This document shows, piece by piece, positions 36,173 through 50,759 of a stretch of DNA of 64,000 nt. Within the stretch, counting starts at the first letter, position 1. Every line of letters begins with the position of its first letter. This stretch comes from Azolla caroliniana. Lineage: Eukaryota > Plantae > Polypodiophyta. The notes under the pieces are model-generated. The model saw only the letters and a list, made by a program, of their open reading frames with translations, did no database searches and had not been told where the DNA came from. The stretch lies in contig JBHGNT010000009.1 in assembly GCA_043228905.1 (NCBI GenBank), positions 9,920,001 to 9,984,000 of the forward strand, read 5' to 3'. Position numbers and translations under genes: made by a program.

Positions 36173-36650
36173 AAACATTTTCATCTTTGTTTGTGGGTTA
36201 TGAACTAGGTTAGCTCAACCACTATCGCACATTCAAGTTTTTCTTAGCTACATGGCCAATATGCTTTTGTGGCGACAAGGAGGATGTTCTTTCTCAGAGC
36301 TAGTAGTGGAGACGAGAAGGGCAGATGTGTGTCACATTGTTTGCCCAAGTTTCTTGTCATATATCTCCTATGATGACATGAACCCATAAATTGGCTACCA
36401 AACACAATACATGAAACATGTTCATCTTTATTGGTGGGTTATAACAAGATTAACTCAACCACTTGCAAAAATTCAAGTTCCTTGGCTATGTGCCCGACAT
36501 ACTTTTGTGCCAACAAGGGGGATGTTCTTCCTCGAAGCTAGGAGTGGAGGCAACAAGGATAGATGTGCGTCACATGGTTTGCCCAACTTTTGTGATATGC
36601 TCCTTCTATGACAACATGTACCCCTAAATTGGAACCCAAACACAATACAC
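36173..36650. repeat. Diverged tandem duplication of ~240 bp
   Basis: 36173-36411 aligns to 36412-36650 (shared CTCAACCACT, GGATGTTCTT, TTTGCCCAA, AAACACAATACA). Confidence 0.75.
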
Positions 36651-36779
36651 ATTGTTTTGTCTTTGGTTGTTCATTTCGTGGATTGCATTGAATTCATAAA
36701 ATTGATAGAAACCAAATTCAATCCTCGTCATGATTAACCTCATGGGCTGAGTTCTAACTCATTGATCATGATAATTTGT

Positions 36780-39040
36780 CTCCAATGGATCTTAGGAAGC
36801 ACACACACTCTCTCTCTCTCTCTCTCAAGACGGTTGAGGATATCTCACAAATGACAAAGTTACAACATAGTACAACATTAGAATGCAAATGGGAAGCTTT
36901 CAAGAAAGTCATTCTCTCATGCACAAACAATTGCTTTTCGACAAAGCACACATCTTGGAAATGCATCAAGAAATTTAGCTCAAAGAAAAAATGGTTTGAT
37001 AAAGAATGTTATGCAGCTCAAAAGTGCGTTATAATTTTGGATGTAGTCAAGAATAATAAAAATGATCAGAACCATTGGCATGACTACAAAAGGCTTATCC
37101 AAAGAAAGAGAAGAATATGGGAAATTACTCAACAATTTCTCCAAACTCAAGAGGACGCACATGCATGCGCTAAATTTTGGGGAAATCTAAAGGCGAAATG
37201 TGTTGAGAGTTATGGTGACTTAACTCTTCTTGACTTGTCTATGCATTGTAAGAATTTAAATGAGCTATGTCTTTTCGAAAAGCTGATGTGTTACAGTTCT
37301 CTTTCACATATCTTTCCCTTCTTTACAATTAAAGATATATCTATATGACTTAAGAAATTGGCCTCTTGAAAGGCAAGCGATCTTCAATGTAAAAAGGTTG
37401 AAATGCTCAAACGGACAAGAAAGGAAGCACATATATGGATAACTAATATGTTTAATCATGCATTCCAACATGGCATGTCATACAATTGGACTACAAAATG
37501 AATCAAACCTTTACATAAAAGTGTAGATGTAAATAATCTAAACAACTATTGAACCATCACCAGGCTCACTAATGGCAAAACGATTTGCATGTATAATGGA
37601 ATCAAATATATGTGCATGGGCCGAAAAAAAATGGTAAGAGAGCTTATGGATGAGCTAGCTTTCGAAAACAGCATAACACCATTGATCACCTTGTCACCCG
37701 TCGAGTATTAATGGAGGAAAGTATTTGAGAGGTAAAGGTTTATATTGTTACTTCGTAGACTTCAAGAAAGCTTTTGATATGATATCTCGTGAACATCTTT
37801 GGAGGCGAATGAACAAACTTAAAGTGCCAAGTGAATATATGCTTGCAATTTCCTGAATCTATGAGAAGGTTATATGTTGTGTGCGTATGGGTGATAGAAT
37901 TTCAGATTTTTCCAATAGCACTATTGGTGTTAAGCAAGGGTGCCCACTCTCAACAACTCTATTTGGTCTATGCATTGATGAATTGAAAGATATGGTTGCC
38001 AAGGTTGTAAAAGGGAGTTGAAGAAGTTGTCATTAGGAATGTAGTCATCATGCTTTTGTTATATGTAGATGATGTAGCGGTTTTTTAAAATACTTTGCGA
38101 GATTCACAAAAGCTTATGAAGGCGTTAGAAGAGCAAAAAAAAAGATAAACCATGGATTATGTACAATAATGAGCCACTTGAATGTGTAGAAAGCTTCAAA
38201 TATCTTGGCCGTAAAGTCCCTTCAAATCATAGATGGAATGAAAGTATTACACATCGTTTAGAGGAGGAAAAGAGAGACTATTATGCATTTGAGAACACAT
38301 GTTATCATTGAGATATTAAGTATTGGGTCATCAAGAAATACTTTTTCGACACTTTGGGGACACTAGTGCTTCTCTATGGAGTGGTGGCATCCCTAAATCT
38401 ACTTGGAAAGAGTTTGAAAATGTCCAAAAATATTTTCTACCAAAGTTTCTACAAGTTAAGTCTTAGAAACAAATGTCATATACTCTCATTCCCATTGAGA
38501 TCATGACCATGGAAAGAGTTGTTGAATACATGCTTAAGGTTCAAAAAAGTCTCTCACATCGACTTTCTAGAATCGCATATGAAGCAAGGAAAAAGATCCA
38601 AAAGACGCATAAATGCTAAATTTTGTGTTCCGGTAGGATGCGAGATATGGAAAAATGGTTTGGTAGATGGGATGCAACACACTTGCTTCATGATGCATCA
38701 CTAGATTCCTTTGTAAATGATGCCTTTTTGCAATGCCAATGTATCATGATATGTGAATGAGGTGTTGATAGATTCCTCCACGAATGAGATTTTGTTTTAT
38801 CACAACTTACGAAATAGCCACTAGAAAACTTTCTTCTTCTTCTTCTTCAAATGAAAGAACTATCAAAATCATTAATACATGCTAGAATCAATCCTTTTGT
38901 CTACCATATGCACCATTGCTTCCATAATGCAACTTAGTTCACAATCTCTTCTATGTGAGATTGAGTGTTGGGGCATAAGGGAGGAGACTTATTGGCTAAG
39001 CATATTTTGCATACTTTGTGAGCTATGATGCTCCACATTC
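36780..39040 (+). mobile_element. Degraded non-LTR retrotransposon (RTE/RTEX-like LINE)
   Basis: KWFDKEC, FVDFKKAFD (~37750), GVKQGCPLS (37926), LLYVDDV (~38053), FKYLG (~38195); many stops and frameshifts. Confidence 0.85.
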
Positions 39041-39061
39041 AACCAAGTTAGATTTGTTTTT

Positions 39062-39397
39062 GGCAGAAATGGCAGAACACACCTATGGTGATGCAAGGCG
39101 GGAGTGGCCCGGGGTGGAATTACCAGCCCCCACATTGGTTGTTTCCAACTCACCTGTCACCCTCTCTTCGTTGTAGGCCCCAAGAGCCGACTCGTACTAG
39201 GCAACATTGAAGGGCATCGCCTTAGATATAGGTAGCTTCTTACATTAAGTTAGGCCGCAAGGCATTGTAAGTAGGCTCATCTTCTTTTACTTGATCGGAG
39301 GAAGACTCCCCGATGTGTGTATAAGTCTCCTTGTAGACTCTCTACGTAATAATCCTTCCTAACTAATGGGAAAGTAGCTTCATTTTGGGAAAAAAAA
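39062..39397 (+). mobile_element. Short retroposed insert with poly(A) and 17-bp TSD
   Basis: AAGTTAGATTTGTTTTT at 39045-39061 and 39398-39414; A-tract before the second copy. Confidence 0.8.
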
Positions 39398-41499
39398 AAG
39401 TTAGATTTGTTTTTCAAACACATTTTATTCGATTTGATCCTACACATATTTCTCTGATAGGATAATGTACACACTCAATTGCAATGTGCTACTTTATTTA
39501 GATTGCTCATTGAAAAAGAAAATGCAAGAGATCCATACTTGGACATAGTTGATTCGGTCACAGGCTCAACGTAAATATTCTATAAATCATTTGCTCATAT
39601 GTTATATAATTGGTATACAACCAAAATGAATACCTAGGTGATTTAGGTATATAATTAGGATAATAATGCATGGTCACTAATTACATCCCTACATACCCTA
39701 CCTACATCCATAACTATGCAATAAGAAGAAAATGTCAAATTGATACTACACTAACTATTTACTCATAGTTATTCCCTCTATTAGTGAATAATATTGGATT
39801 TTCCTAGCAACTCCTTCACATTCCTATTGGATAACTCATGAAGAATGGAGAATTCTTATGAAAACAATTCTACTAGTCTTCAAGTTTCTCTACTCTAGGC
39901 CATTATGGGCATCATAAATAATTGACTATATTACCAAATAGGTAGGTCCTTGTTGCAATCCTCAAAGTACACTCCAACTCTAGCCAGTCTAGGTCATTTG
40001 TCCATACTATCAAGATCAATTCCACATTTCAATGTTTTCCTTTGATGTTTAGATAATCATGTTGAAAATGCTAACGCCAGCCATGAAACAATAGGCTCAT
40101 TTACTACTCTACTTAATCCATGTGTCATCCTCATTTCAATATTTTCCCTTTGATTTTTGCACAATCATGTCGAAAAGGTTGATCCACAAGAACTTGCTCT
40201 TGGAGTTCCTCCACAACACATGTTTTTAAAACTCTTCCTTTGATTTTCTTTTTCATGAACAACTTGTCTCAACCCTATTCAAATCCTCCCTTAGATGTGT
40301 TTCTTGTCTATTAACCATAATGATATCATGTATTCAATATTGTTTGCTTACCCCCACAAGCATCATGCAATCTAAACTAACATACTTATTGGGAGTCACA
40401 TATATTATCCAAACCTCATGAATTTTACATAAATGTCTTGTTGATATCATTGGTCCATTGCAACAATGTGTTCTAATATAAGCAATAACTTTGATACAAT
40501 ATTCCACTGATAATTTGGCTTTCATGTGACCAATTCTTTCTAATCCATAACCCTTCTACTAGGTCATCAAAGAACCAATGTTTTTCTTTGGTCACCATCT
40601 CCATGGTATATTCTTTGGTATTAATACATAACCAACAAATAGGTTATGGGGTGAATTGTAGATCATTTCTATTTTCAACTTTTGCCATTAATAGGAAAAG
40701 TCGCTGCCAATCACCCTCATTTTACTGGAAATATATCATCTTGTCCAACAACTTATTTTGACTTCTCTCATGGCTTTTTCTTCAACTTGGTGAGATTAAA
40801 AGTTTTTGGGTTGATGTTGCTTTGTCATATGCTAAAATAATTCATTGCGTGATCATCCACCACACCCTCCAAATTTGATTTCTGATTGTGCACCTTCATC
40901 ATCTTCATCATCCCAAAATGTTGGATAACCATAAGAGAGCCAAAGCTTCTCTAAGGTTCTTCAATATAGGTACATATTTGGAAATCCAGGAATGCCATAC
41001 CCTTCCACAAAAGTGTAGGCCATCAAGTGGGCTAGTTATCCAAAGGATTATTCATGTGAATGGCTAGAACTATAAGATAGAAATGTAAAAAGGGAAAGAA
41101 AGGGAACATTTTCGGCATTAGAAGAATTAACCACTTGAATTCGTATTGCACCAATATTGTGCTGAGCACCTCTGCCTCCATCATCATCATTCTTTAGTAG
41201 TAAAGTGATTAAAAATAAAGTGTTTGATTAGCCACTTATTAAGAAAGTTAAGTGATTAAAGATAAGCGTTGTGATTAGCCATTAATTAAGAAAGTTAAGT
41301 GTTGATTATGGGGCAACTATCTAAGTGATCAACCACCCTCTAGTGAAATCTGTAACCATCGTAGTTCTAATATCTGAATGGGTCACCTCCATCCTCCTGG
41401 AACTAACTTGTTGCTAGCTGTAGAAGTAATATGGACCCTACTCTCTTCTCTGCAGAGAGGACCTTCGCATGACTGTGACCTCCGAGTTACTTATCGGAA

Positions 41500-43000
41500 T
41501 AGACTCAAACCTATGTCAGATTCTTACTACACCATGTGCTTATAACCATAATCTTTAAAGGTGAATATTGGTGTATCTTTCCTAAATAACACAACAAACA
41601 TTTGCAAAAATCTTGGAAAATCTTGGCCACCGCTGAACTCCACACACATACTATGCTAAATTTGCTTCAGTTTAGGTCCTATAGGTACATACGTGACCTC
41701 CAAGAACAATTATACTAAAACATTGGAAACCACTTGGGAATGCTTCACTAGAGTTTGGCAAGAACATTGGACTAAACCCCATCTACAAGATCGGAAACAC
41801 CAAAATTTCACCATACTACCACGGAAAAGAAAACTTTACTGGAGTTCTAGAACAATAGAAACAACCATTGGTGCCTAAGACCATTTCAGGTTGGAACACA
41901 CCGAACTAGATGAATAGGATAGGTAGAACAATAAAGCAACCATTGGGCTAGAGATCATTTCAAATTGGCTAAATATTAAACAAACCATGTTGTAGATTAT
42001 AAATTTTAAATGGCATTGGTAATCTAGGTGAGCTATATGAAGGTATAGATAGTATACCCCCCCCCCTTCAAGATGGAACAACACCAAGAAGATAAACGAG
42101 TGCCGCCTTAGTGTCAAGTGAACCAGATCATTCTCAATGATACTCCTTAAAACCTAGGTGTGATTCACTCCTGAACATCTTCTACTCTAGATATATGTCT
42201 TATTAATGACCCATTCTTTTTGGAATGAGATTTTATAGAAGTATGTACTCCTTTTAGTTAGTAACATTATCTTATAAATAACTACTAGAATATGGTGATT
42301 CCTAAATTTATTTTTGCAAAGAACAATGCTTTCTATAGAGACATTTGCACAACTAGCCATATATGTACATAATGGCCTTACCATCATCAAAAGTGAAACT
42401 TGTAGTGATTACATAGTAAAACTTCACACAATTTTATCTAACAAATGCTTATAAAAATCAAAGTTCCCTTGGCAATTGAAAAATGTACTCAAGAAGTTTA
42501 CACATATCAACTTATTGAGATCTAATTTATTTATCTAGAGCAAGCTAAATTATTTAGCCCTCTAGTCTCACAAACCCTTTATCCCAAGTAGACGTATATT
42601 CCTACCATACTCGTAAAAGTTGTTGGAAATCAAGAAAACCATGAAGATGTCTATGGATTTTAATTCTTCATTTTGAATTCATAAATATGCATATGGTATT
42701 CGAGCTATCTATCATATTACAAAAGTTCCAAGACATAATGAAATTCTTATTTAGGTTGGATGGATGAGAAATCATAAGATTAAGTGTAAATTAAACCTAC
42801 ACTTATCTTATTGAGATTCGGAATTCCTCAAGTACATTCATGCATCATAGTTTGGATAAAGAACTTGTTTGAGGTGCTGCTCCACTATGCCTAATGATCT
42901 TATTTGTATCGTAGTTTGGCAACACAATCTTGCTTCTATTGTGCTCATAAAGAGAAACCTCTCTTGGGAAATTTTTATTTTGTTGTGTACGAGAATTCTG
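41500..43000 (+). pseudogene. Very degraded Gypsy-like pol remnant
   Basis: Traces such as KDG (~42070) and MSMDF (~42647); no ORF; boundaries uncertain. Confidence 0.3.
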
Positions 43001-44904
43001 TTAACACACAATTTTTAAATACATTCAACATATCAGTAATGTGCTAATTACTTTACATATTATTCTTATAAAAAGAAGCCCAAGTTTCTTTTCAAAATCC
43101 ATAGAGAATAAACTTTATTTTTCTAACTATTCACATCTGAAAATGAGGGGAATAACTCTATATAAAATACTTTTGTTTAATAAAACTATCAAGTTTTTTT
43201 GAACTAAAGTATTTTATATAAAGTTCATGATTTGTGAAAAACAGCACCTCAGGATGCTCATGGCTAATCGGATTCCAAGTTTTGTCAAACATCGTAAAAG
43301 AGTTAGCATTTAGTTTGTAATTACTTCAAGCATGTTTAAAGTCACCAACAAAATAACCCACACAAAGTCCTACATGTGAATATATATGGCTTAATAGTCT
43401 AGGAAAATTTACTTCCTCAATGCAAATTATCAGCACATATTATCAAGGGCATCATGTAGCATATATGGTTCTCAACATAACATATAATTTCGTAAAGATC
43501 AATATAATAATGTAGTGTTCCAAACTATACAATAAGCTAGAAGCTATGAAACTGTAATGGATACCGTTTTGTAGAAAAAGTCTAGTACATTAACGAGGGT
43601 ATGTACATGAGGTAATGTGTCGAAACTTAAAACTTTACCTCTTTCCCTCTCTCTCCCTCTCATTACACATATTACATTAATAATTAATACAATAACCGAA
43701 CATAGAATGTGTGACACAAAAATGAAAAGAAAAGGCCCAACATCTAACAATGATTGATTACACTTTCGGTCTCTCTCTCTCTCTCTTGATTCTTTATGGT
43801 AGAAAAACATTGTGCATTGGGAATCGTGTTAATATTGTCATCATTAACTTGACCAAGTTGGGTACACATAACAAGAAAGGGATCAATGTTTTATATATCC
43901 CATTTATAGGGTACAATAGTAATGGCTTTTTTGTATTCAAGAAACAATGATACCCGGAGGCATATTATTGTCAAAACGTGTAAATTCATGATAAATTGAT
44001 AACATATTGTCTTGTTTGTAATTTACCAATCTTTTGAAAGGAAGTACATTACGTTGCATATTGATCCTTGGTGTCATGACCATGAAGGGATGGATTATAA
44101 GGTCGTAGAGGTGTGAGGATCGAGGGATTCTTTCCTAATGTAAAGGCTATTCTTGAAATGTAGAGTCTTGACGAATGAATAGTCGTGAAGCCATTCAGCC
44201 TACATATATACATGTATAATTAATGAACACCGTTCAAAAAGATTTGTTCCTCTATTTTCCCCCCCATCAATTTATTCTTATTTAACATGGTTTTTAATTG
44301 TTGGACAACCTTGGAAAGAGATTCTAGAATATATACTTAGGAGTATTCGATGAAGAGTTGAGCAAGTGTTTTCATCTCCTCTTGGCATTTTTGACAAAGC
44401 CTTCTAACAATACATCCTTTTATAAATATGTTTATATATTTTATGATGATAACATTCACTCATTTAAGTGCACTTGGTAAACATTATTCAATACTATCAT
44501 TTACAAGCAATGATAAGGGCGGTGTCGTGAAGTATAAGGTTTAAAAACAAACTTAAATATCATATCAAAGTGACCATTGTTAAGCTTCAACTTGTAAGCC
44601 TATACATCAAGTGTAATGTATAAACCATTAGGATAAGCTATCCTATATTATATTTTTATCATTATACTATATTTTATGTCTATTTTCATAGATGGATCAT
44701 GGAAACTTAGATGACCAGGATGGTTATCATGCATCACATGTAGTGCATGTGCGCCAAATAGCGATCATATGTCACATGCATTTCATGTGTTGCATGCATC
44801 TCATGACCTCTCATATACAACATATGCATATGAACGCCTTTATAAAGAGAGGGGAAGGAACCATCAAGGCATCAGTGAATCAATTAATAGAAACAAAAAA
44901 TCTA

Positions 44905-46046
44905 GGGGATCTCTGATCCTGAGAGGTAGGGGATCACCAGACATGCTCGAAGGCCATGAAGTGAGAGACATTGAGACACCCACACAGAATAACGCCATTC
45001 GAGTACTCGCGTACATTGATCATAAATGGATTGTAGATCCTGATCCGATCAAAGTACAACCCGATTGGCATATATGTACTCATGAAAACACATGGCTGCG
45101 TAAGGTCAGTTGGGACCCTTTGCAATGGACATGGCGTGATCCCTACACGGGGCAAGGAAGCAAACCCATCCCTTTCTTCCAATTCACAACTAGATTGGGT
45201 CGCCACATTCTAGCTGCTCAAGCCGCCCAAGAACCGGCTGCTGCAAAGGTCTGGCGCACATTTCAAGTTACCTCCGCAATAATCACCAAGTTTTGGCAGA
45301 AAATATGAAAGCAACAACACGCGAGGCGAATTACCACTTTCCAATGGCTGTTAATACATAAGTCCCTACCGGTGGTAGCATGGCAACGTGGGAACCTTAA
45401 CTCTCCTAATTGTGTAGAGTGCCCACATTCAGTAGAATCCATACGACACGCTCTGTGGGACTGCCCAACGTCCCATAGAACATGGCAGGGGGTTGGCCGC
45501 TTGTTGCAGTTATGCCAGGTGCAAGGTTCAATCAAGTGGGGAAATATATGTTGGCTATCATGGTAGGCTGCAATTGGCCGATACGAGCATCAGGAGGGGA
45601 TGACTTTGGTGATAAAAGCACAAGAGGTTCTTTTCTCCTCCAGCGACAATGTCCACTATTTTCCTCTTAATGACAAATCTCAAGAGGTGTTGGAATTGGT
45701 CAGCCCAATAACCCTTTGGATTCTATGGAAACAACGATGTAGGCGAGTCTTCTCCAACCAAACCACCCATCCAACAAGGTTACTGCAAGAGATATGGAGT
45801 GAAATTGTAGCCACTCTGAAGAGCCAATATGATGGCCTTAAAGGTGGCACGGAGGGAGTTGAAAGACAAGGCATAGCCTTCATCCAACAATGGTCGTCCT
45901 CTCCCTTTCTTGAGTCAGTGGGCTTCCACATTAGATGGAACTATTGCATCCCTTTAGGGATTTGTACATAATCGCCTCATTTGTAAAATTTTATAACTAA
46001 TGGAAGGAGTTTTTTTTGGAAAAAAAAACAAAAAAAAAACAAAAAA
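44905..46046 (+). mobile_element. 5'-truncated L1 LINE (zf-RVT C-terminus, poly-A tail)
   Basis: CVECPHSVESIRHALWDC, TLWILWKQRCRRVF; A-rich tail 46020-46050; flanking AAACAAAAA(A)TCTA direct repeats at 44891-44904 and 46047-46059. Confidence 0.85.
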
Positions 46047-46201
46047 AAACAAAAATCTATATAGCTCATTTGTGAAGTATCTTGTCTTTCAAAATTGAAG
46101 TCAAGGATTCAAGCTGGAGTTTGGTAGAGATGAAGTATCATTTTTGCGATTGAGTATTGCAACTTTGGCAAAATCTTATATTCTCAATATCATAGGGCTT
46201 G

Positions 46202-46614
46202 TGTTGAGATACAACCTCAACATGAGCTAGATCGGCTGAAGAAGCTGAATACCAAAGCGGTTGAATAAGTCGGCAGGCCGTTAGGGCATATATTCCTATA
46301 TTTATAGTAATAGGAATATTTTAGGGAGTTAGTGTCAGATGCTCTTTATGAGCATGCAAGTACATGATAACACTTGTGTTAGCTCGCTGTCAAGGTTTGT
46401 ATAAAAAGTGCTCACTAAGCACATTGTATGTACAGAGTGTTATTAGTTTGAATATAGTTTTGTTGTTGGCTCTCTGTGTCTCTCTCACTCTCTCTCACCT
46501 TCTTTGTGTATGTTCCATCTCTGTGTTTTCCTAACTGTCTTCTGCTATCCAGCGATAGCCGGTTGTGTTTGTTGTTAGCTTTTGCATACGTAACTCTTGT
46601 TTCTTGAATTATAC
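46202..46614 (+). repeat. Solo or partial LTR related to Copia family B; 3' end approximate
   Basis: TGTTGAGA start; shared GAGTTAGTGTCA, TTGTATAAAAAGTG and ATTGTATGTACA blocks. Confidence 0.65.
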
Positions 46615-48974
46615 ATTGTCTTTATCTCTTGTTCGTGCTTGTCTCTCTCGTTTTTCAATATGAACTCTCCTCGTACAAAACCCCAAGGGTTCTAGCATTG
46701 AGCACAAACAATACGACAACACTAAATGCCCCCATCCATTTCCATTGTCATGGAGTTAACTCTAATATGACTCATATAAAATTTATTGTCTATACAAGTT
46801 CTCTATGATTTTGAGCATTTTCATATGTTTCCCAATATATGAATGAAATGTAGATTCAAATAATGTAGCCATGTTCTCAACTCCATTCGAATGATATATA
46901 TTTGCATTAAATAAACATAAATTAGATTAGACTCTTATTAGTCTTTCAACAAAAGAAAATATGAATAAGCTTTATAATCTGAATGCTAGAAGATTGTCAA
47001 CCTCCAATAAATGTACCATCTTTCAGAGTCATACCACAACCTTCCTTATTGTTTAGGATATGGATAGAGGATGTTATCAACCTTCTCTAGCCTTTGATTA
47101 ACCATGACTACTAGTCTTGCGTGAGTCCACTTATTTGACACAAAAATTAATGGAAACTCTTTAATTGAGTATCTTTAGGAAGGAATGAGAAATAGTTTTG
47201 ATTAATTGAATTACGTTGAGATACAAAATTAAGGTAAATTCTTATGGGAGAGCTCTAATCTAATGTGGAAAACCAAGAGGAACTGACTTTTATAATATTT
47301 ACAATGCCATAGTAGGCCATTTTCACGCATATATGCATATTTACCCTATCCTTAAAGGTAATTGTCACTTCCTACACTATTATATGAAGTTATGAATTTA
47401 GAGCTTGTGCCAATGTGAATGTAAAGGGCATGGGAAGTGCAAGTATAGCTAGTAGTTTCCCCAAAACGAATATGTGTACACTCCGAGCCACACCTATTTA
47501 TGTAATGCCACCTAGTAGTGCAATGTACCTGTATGTGAAATGGTGGAATTGTTAAGGTTCTTGACTAAGAGATTATTTAGAAGATTCTAGGGTAATTGAA
47601 GTGATTTAGCACAAATAGGAAAGGTGTGATGATCATATTATATTTTAGATGATTACAATAGTAGGGAGTTTGCACTCCTCTTCTTCTCCTTGCTTGGAGC
47701 TTGCAAATGAGGTGCGTACATAGGTTCTCCCATGTTGTTAGGCATGCCAGGCATATAAATCTAGTTGACATTCTTGTTTTAACCTAAATGAGATGCATTT
47801 GCATGTTTACCTTCATGTATATTGAAAAATGCTTAAGATCTTGACTCAAAATTGTTTATTCCGTTTCAAAGTGTACATTTTATAGCCTTGGTTAGATTGT
47901 TATAATTGGTTCTTGGTCTTGTTGTAACTGTCTTAACTAGACCATGATTAACCTTACCATGGTTTAGGCTGTGTAAACTAGAGGGTAATTAGGGTGGCTT
48001 GTGTTAGTGCCACAACTCCCCCCAAAAGGGGAAAACTACCACATGATAAATGCAAGAGGTCATTAATCAATGGTGGTAATTACTATAATATTGGTAGTTG
48101 GAGGTGGAGGTTCTCAATCAATATTAGTGTCTATTCCATGATGCAAAGGTTGTCAGTTAATGGCAACAACTATTGCATGACAATTACGGGCGGAGGTCGT
48201 CCGTCAATGGCGGAGGTAGAGGTGACTATTGTGTGGTGATTGGGGGTTGAAGTTGTTAGTTAATGGTGGTGTTGGTTGGCTCATTGGAAGGTTTTACTAT
48301 TGTGGAGGAGCCACTGGAGTCACATTGCAATAGATAAGTTATCGTATGTATTTGTTTTGTGATTCTAAATGGCTAAGCTACTAGTACATTAGATATTCAC
48401 TCAAACTCAAACTATAACATTAGATGGGAAAATATGTCGAATACGGGGGTATAACGGCCATATTCACATTGTCTTAGTTGGACAAACTAGACTAGGTCAC
48501 ATTTGTAATTATGTCAAAGGGCAATTGCCTTGGTTCAGTTATTGGACAAACTAAACTTGTAACTTAGTTCGGTGATTGGTTGCCGCCACTCTTTTCTTTC
48601 TTTTTAAGCAAAATATCCTTCCATTAGTTATACAAAAAGGTCATAACGGTTCAACATACAAAGTATTTTTTCCCAAGCTCATCTTGTGTAAGATAATGGC
48701 TGAGGAAACAAATCTATGTACTCCAACATAGAGAAAACAGTCTAGTAATTACAAACTATTCCCTAGACACATTGCAAGGCATCCATATCCACAGACAACA
48801 ACAAAAGTAGATCTATTAAGAAAGAAGCCCTCTCAGGTCATAGTTATGAGCCATTCAATACTTCTTCAACCTGTACATCTTGGATTTGAAGAAGATCAAC
48901 TACTTTGTTTGGTTTTTCAAGAGAACCACTATTCACATTCGTGAATGTAAAGTCAATAACTATGCTTCCAATTT

Positions 48975-49760
48975 CCACATCAACCATCTTCCCGGATTAC
49001 ACCAAATTCCTGTACATACAACAACAAAAAAAGTCAAATTCCCTCATCTCCTCACGAGCTTATTCTTCAGCTCCACACCATCATCACTCGTCTTTATCAA
49101 AAACTTAAAAACTACTTCGTTAAATCCTCATCAACCATCTCGCCGAATACCACCAAATTCATGCACATAAACAATAAAATGTGTGTAAAGTCCTCATCTC
49201 CTCATGAGAATATGCTTCGACCTCCACACCATCATCACTCATCCAAAACATAAAGTTTACTTCCTTAAGTCCACATCATCCATCTCGCCGAATACCACAA
49301 AAATCATGCACATACAACAATACAGTGAGTCTTGTTTCCTCATGCCCTCATGAGAGTATGCTTCGCCCCCCACACCCACATCACTCATACTTATCCAAAA
49401 ACATACATTTTGATTCATCAAGTCCACATCAAACTTCTCGCCGATTACTACCAAAACCTGTACATACAAACAACTAAATTAGTCTAGTCTTCTAAATAGA
49501 CTATGCTTCAGCCCCCACACCACCAACACTCATCCTTATCAAAAACATGCATTTTGTTTCTTCAAGTCCTCATCCAACTTCTCGCCGATTACCGCCAAAA
49601 TCATGTACATACAAACAACTAAATGAGTCTAGTCTTCTAAAGAGACTATGCTTCAGCCCCCACACCACCAACACTCATCCTTATCAAAAACATGAATTGT
49701 GCTTCATTAATCCACATCAACCATATCACTCTCGTTGATTTACCTCCAAAATCGTGCATC
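48975..49760. repeat. Tandem array of ~145-150-bp units, about 5.3 copies
   Basis: Units start near 48975, 49126, 49271, 49424, 49568 and 49712 (CC[AT]CATC...TCTCGCCGA). Confidence 0.85.
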
Positions 49761-50759
49761 CTTATCCAAAATCAGAAGATGCTTCATTTTTCGCATCCAC
49801 CATCTCACCCCTGTCAGTCCATAGGACTACCCCAATCCCATCCGCCTCTTTTATGTCCTTCTTGTCAACCTGTAAGATAAAGAGGAAAAAAGAAACTATA
49901 TACCCTGACAATTATGTTTGAAATAAGAAAGGACTAGGGGGAGGAAATAACCAACGTGGTCTGGAACATAATTCTAACGATCTTCATGTGACTCATCTAA
50001 CTAGTGAGGTATTGGCCACCATATTTTACGAATTTTTCGTCTTTTCTTATGCACCTTTTCCAGTGTTCCTTTAATACTATCATACTCTCCCTTAACTGTG
50101 TGCACCAAGTTGTCCCACAACATCTTAATCATATCCACCACATTTTACTCGATGCCTTCATATTTCTTGCTACAACGACACTTCAACCACACCCATAAAA
50201 CATTAACTGAATAATACAGTTACTGTTGTGTCTCTCTATGTCTCACATCTCTCTCATTCAATTTTCTTGTTAATCTCGGCTTCATCCTATTCATTTTGTT
50301 TATATTTTTCATCAACTTGTTGATTATCAACATATAATGTTTTTTTGTTCCACACTAACGGCCTCATCTCCAACAGCTGATATCTGAGCAGAGGTTCTTA
50401 ATCTGCTACTTATCATCATCAATATCATCAACAACACTTTTGCATACTCCTTTTGAATACTTCAAGTTGATCACATCTTTGGAATAGATTTAAGATTTCT
50501 GTCAAACAAAAATCTTCTGATTGGCAACATACAAGAATCATATTCCATGAGAAGAGATACTTAGCTGATTCACACTCTATTGAACTAAACTACACATCAA
50601 GTAGACCGGTCGGTTGAACTCCTTTTTTGTGGTGGTTGTCGCTCAGAGTGGAATCTTGATCCAATCGACATCATCTGTGCTCTATCTGGCTAAGCGACTT
50701 TTGAGCATACCAATGAGCGTTGTCTCTTCATTCGCTGAAGTCACTCGGAGCAGGATCAG

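Noticed and set aside
46620-48900. Short ORFs in AT-rich DNA
   Set aside because: No motifs or coding signal; probably decayed repeats.
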